The notes under the pieces were generated by a model. That model did no database searches and was not told the origin of the DNA. It saw only the letters and a program-made list of their open reading frames with translations. From Marsupella aquatica (lineage: Eukaryota > Plantae > Marchantiophyta), in the NCBI GenBank assembly GCA_973895155.1, contig OZ316895.1, positions 124,001-188,000 of the forward strand: 64,000 nt of DNA, written 5' to 3'. Positions 60,501 through 64,000 of the stretch are shown in pieces. How positions within the stretch are numbered: the first letter of the stretch is position 1; every line of letters begins with the position of its first letter. The position numbers and the translations under genes are program-made.

Positions 60501-61483
60501 CAGCTCAGCGTAACAGTTGGAGGAAGCCCTAGAAGCATAGCAGTAGCGGTATCTTCTCCAGGATCAATTCCTGCTGGACTCTTTTACGAAACATCCCAGC
60601 TTTGCCATCAAAACTTGAGAATCAAAACTACAAGTTTTGAGAAGAAAAAGTATGAGAAGATCTTCCATCCAAACCCCAAAGCAACCCACCGTCATACCTG
60701 CACATTGCCCTCTGAAAAACTATGGCGCGAGTGCCATTGTTTATCGCCCTCCAAGAAAGAACCCTTTCCAACTGAAGTGACCTGCATACCAAACGAAGAA
60801 TTGACGAAATTTCTTCAAAGAAGAACTTGTGAACAAGTGTTATGCAGTCCGTGTAAGTAGCAAATTGGGCAGGCTCGACAATTCGTTCAGAACAACAAGT
60901 TGAAGCAAGTGGCAACAAAATTGATCTAGACTGTGACGGGAAATCAGGAGACGGGCAGCAGGAGACGTCATGCAAGAATGAGCAGGACTTGAACCAGGAT
61001 GGACAGTATCCCGGGCTGAAAAAGAGATTCTGTCCCGCTTCCTTGGGGGCTCAGAGGTGAGAAGTATAGTTGCCCAGCAATCTAAGGTCGAAACGCAGAA
61101 GAACATCCAGTATAGCTAGGGCCTTACTAGGAATTCTCTGCCCAAAGGACATGACGAGAGGCCGTGTAAAAGTGGTAACGCGAACCTAACAGGGATCACT
61201 GGATTCGTCAGCATGTAGCTACGCACAGCTCGATACCAACTCCCCGAGAAGCAACTATAGCAATTTAGCAATCCGAAGCCACTACGACAAGTAATTCTTA
61301 GCAGATTGTGAAGTCTACAAGGATTGTTAGCTCATTAAATTAACTGCTGAACCAGCATCCAATAATAGATTCTTAATCTTGGTTCCTTTTATATTTAATT
61401 ATACCTAATATTGTCTTTTCCAACTTATAAGTTGGTGTTCGTGATAATTCCTGCTTTTTATCTTCTTCATTTCTTGTTGTAGT
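54546..61483. repeat. Segmental duplication, copy 2
   Basis: Direct repeat of 22092-29119. Confidence 0.93.
55902..59069 (-). CDS. PLS-class PPR-DYW RNA editing factor, copy 2
   Basis: Same 23-motif architecture, PG box, HSEKLA, CSDCH and DYW end. Open over 1055 codons. Confidence 0.95.
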   Translation of the reverse strand: MTRLALWVDGWSTPAWVLARANLVTHCRFPSNVSYCTRDRSQVTAKGIGSRHMHPGTTGQTIVMLKDRLQRGIAIDSYTYVKVLQMCLQQKDLSGAKQIHDCIIESGIHENPYVAITLLNVYIKCGGLSDARRVFDQIQKKNVITWTSMIAGYARSDHAESALEIFNLMRQEGVKPNEITYLSILNACSSPLALNWGKEIHQGIRHAGFESDVRVGSALVLMYSKCGCITEARKVFEKLTNRNVITWNVMIGACAERGDGVEAYRLFLQMRREGFKPDAITYLSILNASASVGALEWVKEVHGHACKGGLESNLVVSNALVHIYAKSGSIDDARLVFDKMEKRDVVTWNVMIGGLAQHGCGNEAYLLFLQMRRAGFEPNAITYTSILNASACDGDLAWVKDVHGHARKAGLESDLRVGSALVHMYAESGRIGDARLVFDRMEKRDVVTWTVMIGGLAQHGSGHEAYRLFLQMRREGFEPNAVTYVSILNASASAGSLEWVREVHGHASKVGLESDLRVGTALVHMYAKIGSVDDARLVFEGMEKHTVVTWNVMIGGLAQHGCGHEAYRMLLEMRRQGFEPNEITYVTILNASASAGALEWVKEVHGHASKAGLDSDLRVGNALVHMYAKIGSIDDARLVFDRMEKRDVITWTVMIGGLAQHGSGHEAYRMFLEMRRQGFEPNEITYVTILNASASAGALEWVKEVHGHASKAGLESDLRVGSALVHMYAECGSIADARLVFNRMEKRDVVTWNIMIGGLAQHGYGQEALELFRQMNADHVKPTETSFTAVLSACSHGGLVDDGRRIFSAMTQDYGIERTVFHYTLMVDILGRAGHVEAAKQLISDMPIEPDDVTWTALLGACRTYGNVELGELAANELFKLEPSKASTYVLLSNIYAAAGKWEKVSSVRTMMQERGVRKEPGRSWIEVHNKIHEFVVGDTSHPEAEAIYTELNILSEKLKAEGYIPDTQLVLHNINEDDKELALCSHSEKLAIAYGLMHLPWGEPIRVSKNLRVCSDCHSATKYISKVTGREIIARDANRFHHFKDGMCSCGDYW

Positions 61484-61639
61484 TGTCCTTTCCCTTACCT
61501 CACTGGTATTTGGTACTGTTGTCTCTTGTGCTCCCTCACTCATTTTATACCTGCATTATCTTCTTCATTTCTTGATGTAGTTGTCCTTTCCCTTACCTCA
61601 CTGGTATTTGGTACTGCTGTCTCTTGTGCTCCCTCACCT

Positions 61640-61900
61640 CATTTTCTTGAACACTGCTTCTCTGCATTGTGGAGCTACACATAACAATTCTTCAACAGTT
61701 AATTCCACTTTAGCCTTTGAAATAACCTCTACCAATTTCTTTATTATCTCTTGTTCACTTTTCCCTCTGATTTGTTCCATTCTCAATGGTTCTTCCCTTA
61801 ATGATTCATCACGTATTGGGTCTTCCTCATGTGTAAAGGACTCTCTGATTTCTTCTTTAAAACTCTCATCAGACTCTAAATTTCAGCTCCATCTTCTATT
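61640..61900 (-). pseudogene. Gypsy gag-pol linker remnant
   Basis: KLVEVISKAKVELTVEELLCVAPQCREAV resembles the pre-protease segment of element A (DVLESRVSATVGQLLKNSPYFRKQL). Confidence 0.5.
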
Positions 61901-61986
61901 CTATCATCCAAACCCATTAGTCTTTCTGGTCTTTGCAGCGATTCACTTTGTTGATGTTGGCGGATTTGTTCTGTTGTGTCACATGT

Positions 61987-62421
61987 TGTAGCGTCCAATT
62001 GTTCCCAACTGGTACTTGGTACTCCACTCATGGACAGTAGAGCTAACACGATCGGTGGCTCTACCTATTGTGACCTAGTCACTATATTCACATCCGTTGT
62101 CTGAATTCTTACATGATTAACTGGTGCTTTAGTTTGTGCTTCAGTTCTTTGGTTCCCAACCACTCGCTGAGGTCTGCAACATTATCCTGCAATCGGATAG
62201 ATCAGCTCCATGTCCCAAACAGCCTACACGGAGCACATTCTTTACCAGCAGACTTACAGGACAGTGAATCTCACAACAAGATCAGATCTGTCAAATTGAC
62301 CTTTCACATGTAAAAGATCCCAGGCAAGAAGACCGACAATCCGGACTTAAATATTTACATTTCATGATGAAAAGTAACAGCTAACAGAGCAACGACACCA
62401 ACGAGAAGGGGACACTTGACA
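61987..62421. mobile_element. 435-bp solo LTR
   Basis: TGTAGCG...CTTGACA with a 5-bp TSD CATGT (61982-61986 and 62422-62426). Confidence 0.85.
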
Positions 62422-62578
62422 CATGTTCTCACTGGTCCCGTTTAAGAGAACTAAATTCTCTAAATGTCCTCCCTAAATTCTCTAAATTTGCATCCCTTTC
62501 CGGAGAAAAATGGTCACTCAGACTTGAAGTTACCGTTAGAAATATCCGTTGGCCGGGTCTCAACATGGGAAGAGTTAC

Positions 62579-62842
62579 AATAATAGCACCCGATGGTATT
62601 ATTGACACATTACCCTTAAATGACCTCAAATTTTGATAAATGGCTATAATAGCGCCAGGCGCTATTATTGATCTGAACCAAAAATGTACTGCCTCAACAT
62701 AATAGCGCCCGACGCTATTATGGAATGACGACTAAAATGACATTTCCTCGTCGAAATACATTAATATTGGTGAACTTCTTGACTTTCTGGATAATATGAG
62801 TGTATTTTGACATTTTCAATAATAATAGTGCCAAGCGCTATC
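62579..62842. promoter_or_regulatory. Four palindromes of type ATAATAGCGCC-N-GGCGCTATTAT upstream of the second transposase
   Basis: Perfect copy at 62646-62668; variants at about 62579, 62698 and 62821. Confidence 0.82.
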
Positions 62843-63507
62843 AATGTTGAGGACAAATATCTCTCTCATATAGTACTATTCTAATGTGAATCCAGCTTTG
62901 TAAGACGTTGTAAAAGAAGGAATTTTTCTTGGCGCTACTAATATTTGTTGTTGAAAATCCCGTTAAACTAACGAAAACATTTTATTTTTAATGGTCATCC
63001 ACTGCCATTCTTTTAAGACTTTTCCATTGAATCAACGGTAATTTAATTAAAATTCAAAAAGTTGATATCGTGTTTTCTTTGTTTGAGATGCTTTAGACGC
63101 GGTGAAATAAGAAACTAAAGCTAACACAACACTCTCATTTTACCATTCTGGTCAATGTTATTCGTGATGCAACGTGTAATTAGGGTAAAGTGTCCGATAA
63201 CGGGTGATGTGGTTACCATACCTGTGACTAATGGACCAGGTCGTTAGTGAGAATTATCTTTGCGGAAGGTATGATGTCAAGAGGAAAGACATTGCAAGTT
63301 TAGGAACACTTGCCAAAGGTCCTGCCCATTTTGATTACATTAGTGGAGAGAAATTCTGGGAACTACATGTAGGTGTCGATTACACGCTTTCCCTTTGAGG
63401 AAAAGAAGTGGTTCATGTTAAATTAGAGAAGGAAGTTGCACCGCAGGAAGTCGTCGACCTCACATCTGATGGCAAGGACTCATTCCTTGGATCTCCTTTG
63501 CTGATGA

Positions 63508-63984
63508 ATGTTGGAAACATCAACAAAGAGAGAATGCCATAATTTGGCAGAGCAATCATTTCCAATGCATCAATGTAGCAAGTTGAAGGAACGAGTTCCT
63601 CCTGTTTTTCCAAGATTGAACACGACAAATAGTGGATCTAATATGCTTCTTAAAGCTCCGTCTGTTCCTATCATCTACAGACGAAGCGCTTTAGACGCAC
63701 TTTTGAAATCTTGTCCAGAACAAAGTGAGCTTTCTCGCTTTGTGAGATCAGAGGCTTTCAAGCACGAGCAAGTAGAATTACTTCCAAAAACTTACAATGG
63801 CAATGTCATATTTGAGCTTCCACCTGTCAATTGTGTCAGTTCAAAAGGGAAGCACCTCCTTAACATGGACCGGTCAAAGGATTGCTACCTATGGACTCAA
63901 ATTCTCCCCACTTCAGCCAATGTCTTACCTAAGAAGATGTGGGAGTTTGGCAAAGTCAGTTGTAGCGGATCACTAGAATGTTGA
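63508..63984 (+). pseudogene. N-terminal (GCM-like) part of a second MULE-type transposase, running to the window end
   Basis: LPKTYNGNVIFELPP...NMDRSKDCYLWT...TSAN...CSGSLEC aligns with 39812-41095. Confidence 0.75.
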
Positions 63985-64000
63985 AACAAATCATGCAAGT

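Overview
Repeat-rich nuclear DNA from a non-seed land plant, most likely a moss (inferred from the PLS-PPR consensus and the TE families). 1-17 kb is a nest of non-chromovirus Ty3/gypsy elements. A disrupted minus-strand host element carries three plus-strand inserts. Their LTRs are very long (4.67 kb and 2.75 kb) and each contains an intact protein-coding ORF. 17-22 kb holds a 741-bp tandem repeat, a C/A-rich satellite, a CACTA terminus and a copia gag remnant. A ~7-kb block containing a PLS-DYW PPR RNA-editing gene occurs three times: two intact 1055-aa copies and one inverted pseudogene. The intact copies have near-identical flanks but reshuffled central repeats and different PPR-code residues. 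38.5-47.8 kb is a degenerate Mutator-like element. Its transposase is divergently paired with an intron-containing gene that joins a ParB/Srx-like DGNHR domain to a beta-class amino-methyltransferase-like domain, and its non-coding DNA carries repeated 18-bp palindromes. A related transposase at the window end has its own palindrome set. A Helitron 5' fragment and a short solo LTR are also present. All family calls come from reading motifs by eye; no database search was run.
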